A DNA stretch of 64,000 nucleotides, from the NCBI RefSeq assembly GCF_001194135.2, contig NC_068993.1:36273407-36337406 (forward strand), in the 5' to 3' direction. The stretch is from Octopus bimaculoides. Taxonomy: Eukaryota. This document shows positions 26,296-38,084 of this stretch, one piece after another; the stretch's first letter is position 1; every line of letters begins with the position of its first letter. The notes under the pieces are model-generated. The model saw only the letters and a program-made list of their open reading frames with translations. It did no database searches and was not told where the DNA came from. The translations under genes were made by a program, and so were the position numbers.

Positions 26296-27107
26296 ACTAG
26301 AGTGTCATAGTCTTAATACCACAACTATCATTCTGTAATTCTTTAGGTTGACACCAAACAAGAATTATCCAGACACATACCACCCGTGTTGTATCAAGAG
26401 TCTGACATTTGCTGCTAACACTTCTGTATGTGGTCACTAGACGTATTAGAAATAACAGCCATCTTTCTTTACAAATCATACACTACCATCTCTAAAAACA
26501 AAATACATATTGGTTAACGCTCTGAATATACTGTCTGAAAATAAGATGCAATTGTCATGGCTGGAATGCCTTTCACTTGGGGTTAAGCAACACGAACAAT
26601 AACTAAGATTCTTTTGTTAAAACAATGTTAATTGATTTAATTAATTGCTTGATAGACCATTCGTTGATGTTCTGTCACAGTAATCGTATACCTCCTTTAT
26701 TGGCCTCTCATTACTGTTGCCAATAATTAATAGCAACAAAGATTGCTTTTTGGTATCAATACTGCGTCTGTCGCTATTAATTATTTTTTAATAAGCTTAT
26801 TTGCGACATCAATGCCTGAAAAGATACTGAAATTTTACTGTCAGTAAGATTCGGTTATGTTGCTATCAAACGTCTGCCATTGTTGAGCCTGGGCAGATCA
26901 AAACCACGTGATATGGCAGTTCCAACACCCGTAACAGATGATTCTCGTCAACCAACGATATAAATATGTGTGCTTTTATGCACGATGCGTCCATATGAAA
27001 GATACTCTCTAGGTAAATAACGCGGTATTCGGTGTTCTGACATAACATCCACATTAAATTGGATATAAAGATTGCCTTTTGGAATTAATACTGCTTCTAT
27101 CGCTATC

Positions 27108-27254
<147 letters not shown>

Positions 27255-27256
27255 AA

Positions 27257-27472
27257 GGCGGGAGCTGGCAGAATCGTTAGCATGCCGGGCAAAATGCTTA
27301 CATGTATTTCGTCCGTCATTACGTTCTGAGTTCAAATTCCGCCGAGGTCGACTTTGCCTTTCATCCTTTCGAGGTCGATAAATTAAGAACCAGTGAAGCA
27401 CTGGGATCGACTAGTCCCCTCCCACAAAATTTCAGGCTTTGTGCCTTTAGTAGAAAGGATTATTATTATTAT
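27257..27472 (+). mobile_element. Meta-domain-like SINE, full length, inserted at the (ATT)n tract
   Basis: Near-consensus head and core; attattattattcaa on both flanks as TSD. Confidence 0.9.
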
Positions 27473-28680
27473 TCAATACCAAAAATGATTAAATTACTAT
27501 GTATATAAACACATAAGACAACTAATTGGCAGAGTCGCTAGAGCGTCGGATAGATTGGTTTGCAATAATTATTTAGGCTCTCAGCATTCAAATTCCGAGT
27601 GAGTCAACTTTACCTTTCATTCTTCTGGAGTCGATAGATAAGATCTTAACCATGTACTGAGTCATGTATTCTCTTTCAGGAAGAAATCGGTTGTGGTCAG
27701 ACCTGAAGAGGGATGAACTCTGTCAGATCTAAACAATGCCAAACAAAAGCCGTATGTCACAACAACGTCCCTGTTACAGCATTAAGGTGTTGAGGTCTCA
27801 AGGCAAACAAAGCATATAAATACACAATCTCAAATTAGGTCTCCCCGTCATAAACTCTGACCATCGTCTCTCCGCTGCATGTCATCCATGTACCGCATAT
27901 TATTTGTCCTGAAACTAGCTGTAAGAATTCCAAGCACTGAAAGCAGGTAGCATGAGATTCATGTCACTTTTGCAATTCATGAAAGGCTGCCCCACTTAAC
28001 CCTTAAATGTAGTTTACAGGTAACTCATCTTCTGAAATGTTCCATATAATCAAAGCTCACCTCTACACAAATCTGCGCTTTCTCTTTCTTTAAATGTTCC
28101 ATGTAGGTCATTTTAACAATCTTTCAGTTCTTCGTTTGCTACACGAAGAACTGTAAAAATCATAGAGGTCACAGTAGGCCCTAACTTGGACATACTCCTT
28201 GTCTTTCCATAACGTTAAATTTTGTTTTTAAGTTTTTATCTTTCATTTTTCCCACTAGCCAAACGCTTCTTGTTTAACTCTTCCTCGGCCAGTTGGTGGC
28301 TGGTTGCCGGAAGTGGGAACGGGGTTGGTGTTTCAAGCGTCTCTGGATCTATAAATAGTGGTGCTCTAGAAACAGCTGCCTGTCAGACTTGCTGGTGTCG
28401 TTGTTGCTGAAAATGTCATCAGTTGAAGTGGATTCTTTACAGTAGCTCTTCGACAATTACAAAGTCATTATTTGATTTTATTCCATAGGTTTAACAGTTT
28501 CAAGGTCTCAGAACGACACATATACATACATACACATTATAAAGGATACGAGGGGTTTAGTACACTGGTGATATAAACGAATAAGTACGCTAAGTGCTAT
28601 AATTGGTCATCCGTTAGGTTCCAAGTTCACAGCTGAGGCTGGAGCTAGGGATCCGTATTAGGCTTCCGTGTTAGCAGGTA

Positions 28681-28860
28681 TACATTAGAGAAAAAGGACA
28701 TAAAAAAATCAAGGCAGGACGAGTATCTCAAGTCATCTATAATAATTTAATCAGGGTAAGGTTAAGTTGAAGTCTATTAACCTTACCCTAATTAAATTAT
28801 CATAAATGACTTGAGATACTCGTCCTGCCTTGGTTTTTTATGTCCTTTTCCTCTAATATA
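28681..28860. repeat. Long inverted repeat, about 84-bp arms with an 11-nt loop
   Basis: 28681-28765 pairs with 28777-28860 with about 6 substitutions and one indel. Confidence 0.95.
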
Positions 28861-29468
28861 TATCTATATATATATAAATATATATATATATATAAATATT
28901 CGCTACGTTTTTGGTCCCCCTGAGTTTACTGATAGGACTTGCTTTCTATTTTTGTGTCTATCTATAAGCTTTTTATCTCTCCATAATTATTACTTACATT
29001 TCTTATATATTTTTTAATATTTTTTTATATTTTTACTGATAGGACCTGCTGATGGAACTGAACTGATAGGTTTCTATATTGTGTCTATGTATAAGCTTTT
29101 CACTTTTTTTACTTGGATTTTATATTTTTATATATTTTTTATTATTTTTATGTTTTTTTACATAATTATAGGGTTAATGTTTTTGTATTTTTTCCACGCA
29201 TATTTTTCTGTTTTCTCCCCTCCACCCTAGTTTTTCCTGTACGCCTATAGACACGTACAAGGAACTTTATATGTGCGCGCTTGTGAGTGTGCGTGTGGAT
29301 GCGTGCGTATGTAGATATATGCATGCGTATATAGAGATATGTGTGTGCGTATATGGATATATGCGTGCATGCGATAATATACGCAGTTTTAGACGCGTTT
29401 TGACCTTATCACTACACAGTAATTTCCCTTCGTTTTTAACGGTCATTTTTCACAGGAATTTTCAATTG

Positions 29469-29538
29469 GCCTGATAACTGAAGAGATGTTGGCGTGGGCT
29501 CCCACCCTGGCATCCGAAACTCGGAGTTTTATCATGGC
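29469..29538 (+). ncRNA. Candidate type I hammerhead ribozyme
   Basis: gcc-tgataa-CTGAAGA-gatgttgg..ctggcatc-c-GAAA-ct cgg ag-TT-ttatca-t-ggc. Confidence 0.6.
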
Positions 29539-29585
29539 TACTGAATAAGTGTCACATATTTTTACAGATATATATAATTGCATCT

Positions 29586-29810
29586 AGGGAGAGTCATTCT
29601 CTTTTAGTGCCTAATTACTTAACACATCACCGGTTCGATTTCCACTCATTTATTTATTATTTTTTCTAAAATTTTCGTTGCGTCTTGTAACCTCTTCAAT
29701 AGTCGTTGATAAGTAATAAGGCACTGAAAGAAAATGAATCTCCCCAGACAATAAAATATGCTTCGACACTCTAATTCACATAAAGAATCTTGCAAACCAA
29801 ATACAAAAAT
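29586..29810. repeat. Fold-back copy of a repeat family also seen at 33560-33903
   Basis: ggagagtcattctcttttagtgcc forward, then its reverse complement ggcactgaaagaaaatgaatctcccc. Confidence 0.8.
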
Positions 29811-29813
29811 GAA

Positions 29814-29864
<51 letters not shown>

Positions 29865-29869
29865 TACAT

Positions 29870-30345
29870 AGGTCGTCCCATAGGACGCCCCTAGGGGTTT
29901 CGGTTGCGCAAACTATAGGAGTCACAGGCCACTGCACCATGTGGTCCTGCAGTTTCCATCTAACTAGGAATATTGACTCTCATCCATTGTCTTGTATTCA
30001 AAATCCTCTGCATGACATCCTGCTAGTTCAAAGCCAAGAATCTGATCTATTAGGTCCTGCCTGCCGATAACTAAACCCACGCCCTGCTGCCGACGCTTCA
30101 ATTTATTGTCGTTAAGGTTTTGTCTATCTCCTACCCTTCGACCTGTCTCGCCTGGTAAGACCTGCCTGAAGATTTCTCTCCCTTCAGCATAGTTCTCCGG
30201 GTCAATGGAGTACACAAGGCATTTCACCGCGACAAGGTACTTGTTGAATTGGCCGTTGACTACTCAGTAGTTCTTCCGCCCTTTGACGGGTCTTATTTTT
30301 CATCCCGCAGGGTGTCCAACAATCTACCTCCACCCTCTGCACCAA
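29870..30345 (-). mobile_element. RTE-clade 5' UTR-like fragment
   Basis: Minus strand ccttgtcgcggtgaaatgccttg...gacccggagaactatgc...gacaggtcgaagggtagg resembles RTE/BovB/Rex3 5' ends as I recall them. Confidence 0.5.
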
Positions 30346-30382
30346 GCAAGCTTATATAGATATATATATATATGTATATACA

Positions 30383-30603
30383 CAGGGCAGGCCAAAAGTC
30401 AATCAAAATTCCATAAATATTATATGTAATTCTGTATGACTCGAATGGGAAAATGTGTCGCTCAAGAAGGACTTCAGTTTGAATAATTTTCATGATGTTT
30501 CATATTTAGATGCTTTCATTAAATTCATTCAGTTGTTAAACATAAATAAATCTTGGACTTACATGGTTTTGCTTTACTATCAAGTGACTTTTGGCCAACC
30601 CTG
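30383..30603 (+). mobile_element. Tc1/mariner MITE (internal deletion derivative)
   Basis: TIRs cagggcaggccaaaagtca / tgacttttggccaaccctg followed by TA; internal CVAQEGLQFE resembles a transposase C-terminus. Confidence 0.8.
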
Positions 30604-30712
30604 TATATATACGGTAAAAACCCATGTAATTTACGCACTTTTTTTGCAAAAACAAAAATAAAGTTTAGGGAGTGCATAAACTACATGGGTAGATCATTTC
30701 CAGAATTATTTT

Positions 30713-30746
<34 letters not shown>

Positions 30747-31309
30747 AAAAATGACGTACAAATGTAAACATTCGTACGGGAAGTTGACTCATTTAATGTC
30801 AGAATAAGTTTTTACAAAAAAGAAAATATAATGAAGTTGACTTTTATTTATGCTGGATGGTATAATTATAAAGTATAAATTTACTAAAACCATTAAACGG
30901 TTAACTACTGTGGAGATGAGTGAACCTCGTTTCATTTCCCACGCACGACAATTACTTTTTGAAGTTTGACGTTCATACTGGTAATCACGGTCCGGGCCAT
31001 ATTTTACATTGCTTGGAGTCTCTACCTATCGCAATGGAGCCCAGCAATTTCCTTAGATAGATCAGTTTTTCTCCACTTAAGAAGTCTAGCTGGCGTTTGC
31101 CTCCAGGAAGCTATTGCTCGCTTTCTCCGCGTTAGGACAATGAAATTCATCACCGCCGACACCACCAACGACAACATCATGATTCATCCTTGCGCGTATA
31201 AATTCACTAGGTGAATATGACCTAGCGTTCCTACAGAAACCTTCATTTACCTTATAGGATGTTTAATGTTGTTTCACATTCATGTTGAATTATGCACCTA
31301 GTGGGTAGC

Positions 31310-31593
31310 GGTGGAACATAAACCGCTAACTAACAGCCTAGATTACCTTAAACATCGAATAACAACAGCGATCAACTCAGTGGATCATGATATGCTGATA
31401 CGCGTTTGGGACGAATTCTCTTATCGCATTGATGCTGCCCGTGCTGCAGGTGGTGTCCACATTGAACACTCGTAAGACAGGAAATAAAAGTTGATTGTGA
31501 GTAAATACTTATGACTTCGCTGGAGTTTTCTATTACTTTTCCTTATTAAAATATTGCCTAATGAAATCGGTTCATTCTTTTTGAATAACTCTG
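31310..31593 (+). pseudogene. Mariner-type transposase C-terminus plus right TIR
   Basis: LDYLKHRITTAINSVDHDMLIRVWDEFSYRIDAARAAGGVHIEHS*, then cattctttttgaataactctg|TA. Confidence 0.8.
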
Positions 31594-32719
31594 TATATAA
31601 AAGGCATGAACTTTCTCTAATTAAATCATTGATGATGAAGCTCTCAAAAGAGATGAAAGCGGTTAAATAAATTTTTATCCAAAATCCTGACTGCCTCTTC
31701 TTCTTTAATATATAAAATCTGTGTACAACATCAATCTATGCATATATATATATATATATATATATATANNNNNNNNNNNNNNNNNNNNNNNNNNNNNNNN
31801 NNNNNNNNNNNNNNNNNNNNNNNNNNNNNNNNNNNNNNNNNNNNNNNNNNNNNNNNNNNNNNNNNNNNNNNNNNNNNNNNNNNNNNNNNNNNNNNNNNNN
31901 NNNNNNNNNNNNNNNNNNNNNNNNNNNNNNNNNNNNNNNNNNNNNNNNNNNNNNNNNNNNNNNNNNNNNNNNNNNNNNNNNNNNNNNNNNNNNNNNNNNN
32001 NNNNNNNNNNNNNNNNNNNNNNNNNNNNNNNNNNNNNNNNNNNNNNNNNNNNNNNNNNNNNNNNNNNNNNNNNNNNNNNNNNNNNNNNNNNNNNNNNNNN
32101 NNNNNNNNNNNNNNNNNNNNNNNNNNNNNNNNNNNNNNNNNNNNNNNNNNNNNNNNNNNNNNNNNNNNNNNNNNNNNNNNNNNNNNNNNNNNNNNNNNNN
32201 NNNNNNNNNNNNNNNNNNNNNNNNNNNNNNNNNNNNNNNNNNNNNNNNNNNNNNNNNNNNNNNNNNNNNNNNNNNNNNNNNNNNNNNNNNNNNNNNNNNN
32301 NNNNNNNNNNNNNNNNNNNNNNNNNNNNNNNNNNNNNNNNNNNNNNNNNNNNNNNNNNNNNNNNNNNNNNNNNNNNNNNNNNNNNNNNNNNNNNNNNNNN
32401 NNNNNNNNNNNNNNNNNNNNNNNNNNNNNNNNNNNNNNNNNNNNNNNNNNNNNNNNNNNNNNNNNNNNNNNNNNNNNNNNNNNNNNNNNNNNNNNNNNNN
32501 NNNNNNNNNNNNNNNNNNNNNNNNNNNNNNNNNNNNNNNNNNNNNNNNNNNNNNNNNNNNNNNNNNNNNNNNNNNNNNNNNNNNNNNNNNNNNNNNNNNN
32601 NNNNNNNNNNNNNNNNNNNNNNNNNNNNNNNNNNNNNNNNNNNNNNNNNNNNAATAAGTCAATATCTGTTGACTAGTTGTTTAGTCAAAGAGTTGGATTC
32701 TTGTGAAAACATGATAAAT

Positions 32720-33127
32720 ATTGATTTCAAATTTTGGCACAAGGCCAGCAGTTTCAGGAGAGGAATAAGTTGATTACATTGACCCCGAAAGGGTGAAAGA
32801 CAAAGTCGACCACGGCGGAATTTGAACTCAGAACGCGTGTTGAAAACCGTTAAGCGTTTTGCCCGGCATTCTAACGATTTTGCCAGCTCGCCGCCTTATG
32901 TCTAATAAATATTCTTTTCTACTCTAGGTACAAGGCCCGAAATTTTGGGGGAGGGGCCAGTCGATTAGATCGACCCCAGCGCGCAACTGGTACTTAATTT
33001 ATCGATCCCGAAGGGTGAAAGGCAAAGTTGACCTCGGTGGAGTTTGAACTCAGAACGTAAAGACAAACGAAATATATATAACTAAGCATTTCGCCCGGCG
33101 CACTAACGTTTCTGCCAGCTCGCCGCC
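32720..33127 (-). mobile_element. Two head-to-tail Meta-domain-like SINEs
   Basis: Two ...gccagctcgccgcc heads at about 32897 and 33127, each followed by ttatgtct(a/g)ataa. Confidence 0.9.
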
Positions 33128-33611
33128 TTATGTCTGATAAAGATTGATTGAAAAATGATCAGTGCCTGATAGAAAAACGTCAAAATTTAACGATGGAGAA
33201 GTGCAAGTGTAAGAGTTAGGTAGCTACCGTTTTTGACAATAACAAGCGGTAACGTTTGTAGTTTTAATGTCGTTGATCACGTGTCTATCATAGTCACCGA
33301 AGTAGCCGGAACAAAGGGCACACTTATAGTACGCTATTAAACATGTTGATTTGTGTCATAACTACATGAAATACGAAAGACTTGTAAGAACAGTAACAAT
33401 TACAATGGTCTCATATGCCTAACTATATACATATTCTACATTATGTTATGCATTTATCGAGTGGAAAAGTTGTATAAAGCAACCATGTCCATATTTGTAA
33501 ATCGGATTTTAGATCATAATAAATGCATATTGTTGTTTAGTGAGAAGTAAATTTTAAACGTTTTGGATTTGGTTTGCAAGATTCTTAATGTAAGTTCGTG
33601 TGTTGAAGCAT

Positions 33612-33903
33612 ATTCTGTTGTGTCGGGGGAGAGTCATTCTCTTTTAGTGTGTTATTATTAAACACACTCACCGGTAAAGTTGTCACTCATTTACTTGTTT
33701 ATTTTTTTCTAAAATTTTCGTTGCCTCTTGCAACCTTTTCAATAGTTGTTGACCCTGTCCGTTATCCCGGATAGAGGTTGCAAGACGCAATTTTAGAAAA
33801 TTTTAGAAAAAGATAAATAAGTAAATGAGCGGAAATTTTACCGGTGAGTGTGTTAAATTATAAGGCACTAAAAGAGAATGACTCTCTCCAGACACAACAG
33901 AAT
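33612..33903. repeat. Inverted repeat, about 125-bp arms with a 38-nt spacer
   Basis: 33612-33736 is the imperfect reverse complement of 33775-33903. Confidence 0.9.
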
Positions 33904-34289
33904 GAATTTTAAACGTGAAAAGAGAATTGACCTTATAATAATTAATAACCTACATGAAATTAATATTTCATAAATCCAAAATATAATAAAGATAACATTG
34001 TGAAGTTTGTAATTTAACATACCATGGATTAAACAAGTTAATACTTTCATTATAAATTGAGATTAAACTAAATTTTCTCGCTTATCGGCTGACAAAATAC
34101 AAACCTGCATTTTATTAGGCTAACATTGATTATAATTATTCCGCATACACACACACACACACATACACACACACACACATACACACACACACATGCGCAT
34201 ACATACATACATACATACATACATGTATATATGCATATATATTTATATATATATATGCTATACATACATGTAAATACATATGCACACAC

Positions 34290-34329
<40 letters not shown>

Positions 34330-34339
34330 NNNNNNNNNN

Positions 34340-34382
<43 letters not shown>

Positions 34383-34556
34383 AGTTAGGGAATAAGAATT
34401 TGAGATCCAAGCAGGTACTTTATGAGCACCATGATACAATCCAGATCTGGCTAACCACTTGGAATGACAGGGAACATTCAGAGTCGTTTCAATCTCTCTC
34501 TCTCTCTGTTTCTGCTTATCTGTCTCCCTCTCCCTTTCTCTCTCTCTCTCTCTCAT

Positions 34557-34752
34557 GATAGATCGCTAACCACTACACATTCTTTATTTTCTCTCCTTGT
34601 TTCTTTCTGTGTTCCTTTCTGTGGAAGGGCGTAGGCTCGAAACGTTAAAGACTTTTTTACTTCCCGACCGTTAAACTAATACATCTGTTTGTTGTTGTTG
34701 TCTACACCACCTGTCTTCGTCTTTTGCATTTTGGTGAATTCTCCCTATATAT
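34557..34752 (+). mobile_element. Penelope-type mini element with variant-core hammerhead (34615-34650)
   Basis: cttt-CTGTGGA-a-gggc gtag gctc-GAAACGTT-aaag; homologues at 49675-49865 (-), 61160-61420 (+) and 22697-22842 (-). Confidence 0.7.
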
Positions 34753-34981
34753 ANNNNNNNNNNNNNNNNNNNNNNNNNNNNNNNNNNNNNNNNNNNNNNN
34801 NNNNNNNNNNNNNNNNNNNNNNNNNNNNNNNNNNNNNNNNNNNNNNNNNNNNNNNNNNNNNNNNNNNNNNNNNNNNNNNNNNNNNNNNNNNNNNNNNNNN
34901 NNNNNNNNNNNNNNNNNTATGTGTGTCACCCTGTATGTATGTATGTATGTATGTATGTATGTATGTATGCATGTATGTGTG

Positions 34982-35019
<38 letters not shown>

Positions 35020-35024
35020 CCTGT

Positions 35025-35305
35025 CATCGCCACAGATGGAGGAAGCAGGTTATGGAGAGGATCAACACTTTTGAGAGAGCACGTATCCAGCATGAAGAAT
35101 TTAAGCGAGCTGCGCGAAAGTGCACGGCTCGTATAGTGAATGGGGAAAGCTTAATCTGCAATGTTTGCAGTCGTGCATGCTTATCAAGAGCAGGGCTCCT
35201 TAGCCACCAACGGAGCCGTAAATGCAAAATGTAAGTTAGTACTAGAACGCAGAATGTTCCTGAAGGTCGGCAATGGTCTTCCTCGGTCACGAGTGGACGG
35301 CCATC
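35025..35305 (+). pseudogene. 3' end of an RTE-clade LINE (C-terminal CCHH-like motif and 3' UTR)
   Basis: RHRWRKQVMERINTFERARIQHEEFKRAARK..LICNVCSRACLSRAGLLSHQRSRKCKM*. Confidence 0.85.
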
Positions 35306-36361
35306 ATATATATATATATATATATATAGTACAAGCATACGAAGTAGCTAGGGATACAATGTAAAGATGTGTACATTTATTTTAACACTCCCCCTGCGCA
35401 ATCGAACGTTGCATTCGTTGCGGTACTATGTTGCGGAGAAAATGTTATCTCTATTAGGTTTGTGTATCTAAATATATCAAGCTGAATTCCAGATGACATT
35501 AGAAGAATAACTTAATAAAATGTCTTGGGTTAATTTTGTTTCTTCAGTAGCATCACGGTCATTTGGATCTAGGTCGCAACATTGTATGTATGTATGTACG
35601 TATGTATGTGTGTATGTATGCGCGCGTGCGTGTTTTCCTGAAGTATTGAAGCCAGAGATTATAATAAAATATAATAAAAGGATTATAATTGTAACATTTG
35701 GAGAGCTGCAATAAACATTATTTGAAGAGCCACTTCATCTGATAGCAACATTAGATCAGTATTACATGCTTACCACTTAGGTCTTGTGTGACTATCAATT
35801 TTGACTGGTTCATAATAATAATACTAAAAATAATTCTTTCTTTTTAGGACACAGGGGCTGAATAACGACGACGACGATGATGATGATGATGATGATTTTT
35901 CCTGTTTAGTCAAAGGGTTGAAGTCTTAGGACAACTTTAAACAAACATTGTTGCTAAAATTAAACGCTAGTCGACTTACTTGACTATTTCTCCCAATAAA
36001 ACTGTGTTCCAAGACCAGTCTTTTCCTTTTTCTGGTTTTTTCAAATATTTAGTTAACGAATACGTGCATTTGGAAGAGGGTGTTAACGATTTCTAAATAC
36101 AAATTTCATCTTATGGGTTCATGACAGATTCATTATATTGTGTGTTTGGATTTCTATAAGAAACTACATTGATGCAAGCAAAGCTTCCCATTCCAGAAAT
36201 TGGTTTAAAATTGACGTTAAGTACAAACATTTTAAAACTTTCTTCTCCATCTACATAACTTGAAGGAGATTTTGGGATCATTGTGCCCAAAGTCTTGCGT
36301 ATATGAGCTCCAGAATTAATTCGCTTCTCTCTCACTATCTTATCTCGACTTTCAAAATCTA

Positions 36362-36812
36362 TGGTTGTGTGATAAGAAGTTTTCTTCCCAACCATATTGT
36401 TTCGGGTTCAGTCTCACTGTGTGGCACCTTGGGCAAGTGTTTTCTGTTATAGACACGAGCCGACCAAAGCCTTGAGAGAGAATTTGGTAGACGGAAACTG
36501 AAAGAAGCCCGTCATATATATACACACATATAAGCATGTATATATATATATNNNNNNNNNNNNNNNNNNNNNNNNNNNNNNNNNNNNNNNNNNNNNNNNN
36601 NNNNNNNNNNNNNNNNNNNNNNNNNNNNNNNNNNNNNNNNNNNNNNNNNNNNNNNNNNNNNNNNNNNNNNNNNNNNNNNNNNNNNNNNNNNNNNNNNNNN
36701 NNNNNNNNNNNNNNNNNNNNNNNNNNNNNNNNNNNNNNNNNNNNNNNNNNNNNNNNNNNNNNNNNNNNNNNNNNNNNNNNNNNNNNNNNNNNNNNNNNNN
36801 NNNNNNNNNNNN

Positions 36813-36858
<46 letters not shown>

Positions 36859-37112
36859 TATATATATGTATGTATGTATGTAAGTATGTATGTATGTATG
36901 TACGTATGTATGTATGTATGTATGTATGTATGAGTGCGTGTATGTGTGTGTGTATCTATTTGTGCATGCCTGTTTGTGTTTGTCCACTACAACCACCTGA
37001 CAACCGATAGAATAAGTACCTGGCCTTAAATTTAAGTACTGGGGTCGATTCGTTCGACTAAAACCCTTCAAGGCGGTGCTCCAACATGACCGCAGTCCAA
37101 TGACTGAAACAA
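36362..37112 (+). mobile_element. Full-length CORE-like SINE with expanded internal microsatellite and gap
   Basis: Head 36362-36513, (TA)n/(TATG)n middle, tail ..gacaaccgatagaataagtac..cagtccaatgactgaaac. Confidence 0.85.
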
Positions 37113-38084
37113 ATTCATTGTAAAAGAGGAAAAAAGAGCATAATCGTGGACTACATCTTCGAAAACGTATCTCACCAAAATTTCCCAAAAGTATACTTAT
37201 TATTAAAACAGTTACGAGTCATTCGATGGAATGAACACTAAACTGCAGTTATGTCACCAACAGACCATTAGAAGTTCCTTGCATTACTCTACGTTTTGAA
37301 TGGCAACTGCCCATGTTCCTTCAATTCGTTATAAGACATGTCAGTTAACCAGTAAACCGGACGTTTGTATACCTGTTGTAGAGATGTTTTACTTCTCCAC
37401 TTAGAATAATGAAACACTGCATTGATATTAGATAGAGAATACGTAAAAATATTTTCTCTGTTGAAACAAAGGATTATCTGTGCCAGTTACTGCTTGACAA
37501 AGTGAGACTGTTACGCCAAAAGCAAAATTGATCCATTAAAACAACCCTGCAACTGCGTTGACTGAACAGCATTCAGGTGCCATTTGGTCTATTGCACACA
37601 AGCTGAACATATTCAAAACACGTAACAAATGTGATCATATGAATTATTATTGTCTTGTATGAATGGGGTAAATGCCAAAAAACAAAAACGAGAGAAAAAG
37701 AAAAAAGCCAGCTTCTCGAAATTGGAGTTGAAATAGAAGCTATGAGCTAGATTATACGTAACTGGAGCTAAATGTATAAAGAAAAGCGCTAGATTTAGCT
37801 CTCAAAGAGCTAACTTGATAACACTGCTATTTATGCCAGCAATACATCACATTAGATACTGGCTTTCCAATATAAATACATAAGAGTTGTTGAAAGACTC
37901 ACTGAAGATTTCGTCATCCAAGAATTTGTGAAATGATTCTGGTTAAGGCAGACTTTCTTCACTCTGTATATATCGTAGTATATAAACCAATGAAATATTC
38001 ATAAATTCTATAGAGTTTTTATTTCTTGTAGCAGCGATAAATTTGACTTACCTAGCGATATTTAAGGATACAGTTAAATTGAAC

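Noticed and set aside
27700-27740. CTGAAGA followed by a weak stem
   Set aside because: No GAAA or cleavage triplet in register; not a hammerhead.
30880-31215. GC-richer stretch suspected to be a transposase fragment
   Set aside because: No frame gave a recognisable motif.
37260-37360. Exon-like minus-strand peptide VYKRPVYWLTDMSYNELKEHGQLPFKT*
   Set aside because: Weak splice signals, no recognisable family and no partner exons.
37900-37950. CTGAAGA...GAAA spacing suggestive of a hammerhead
   Set aside because: Stem II does not pair next to the core and stem I is at most 3 weak pairs; likely chance.
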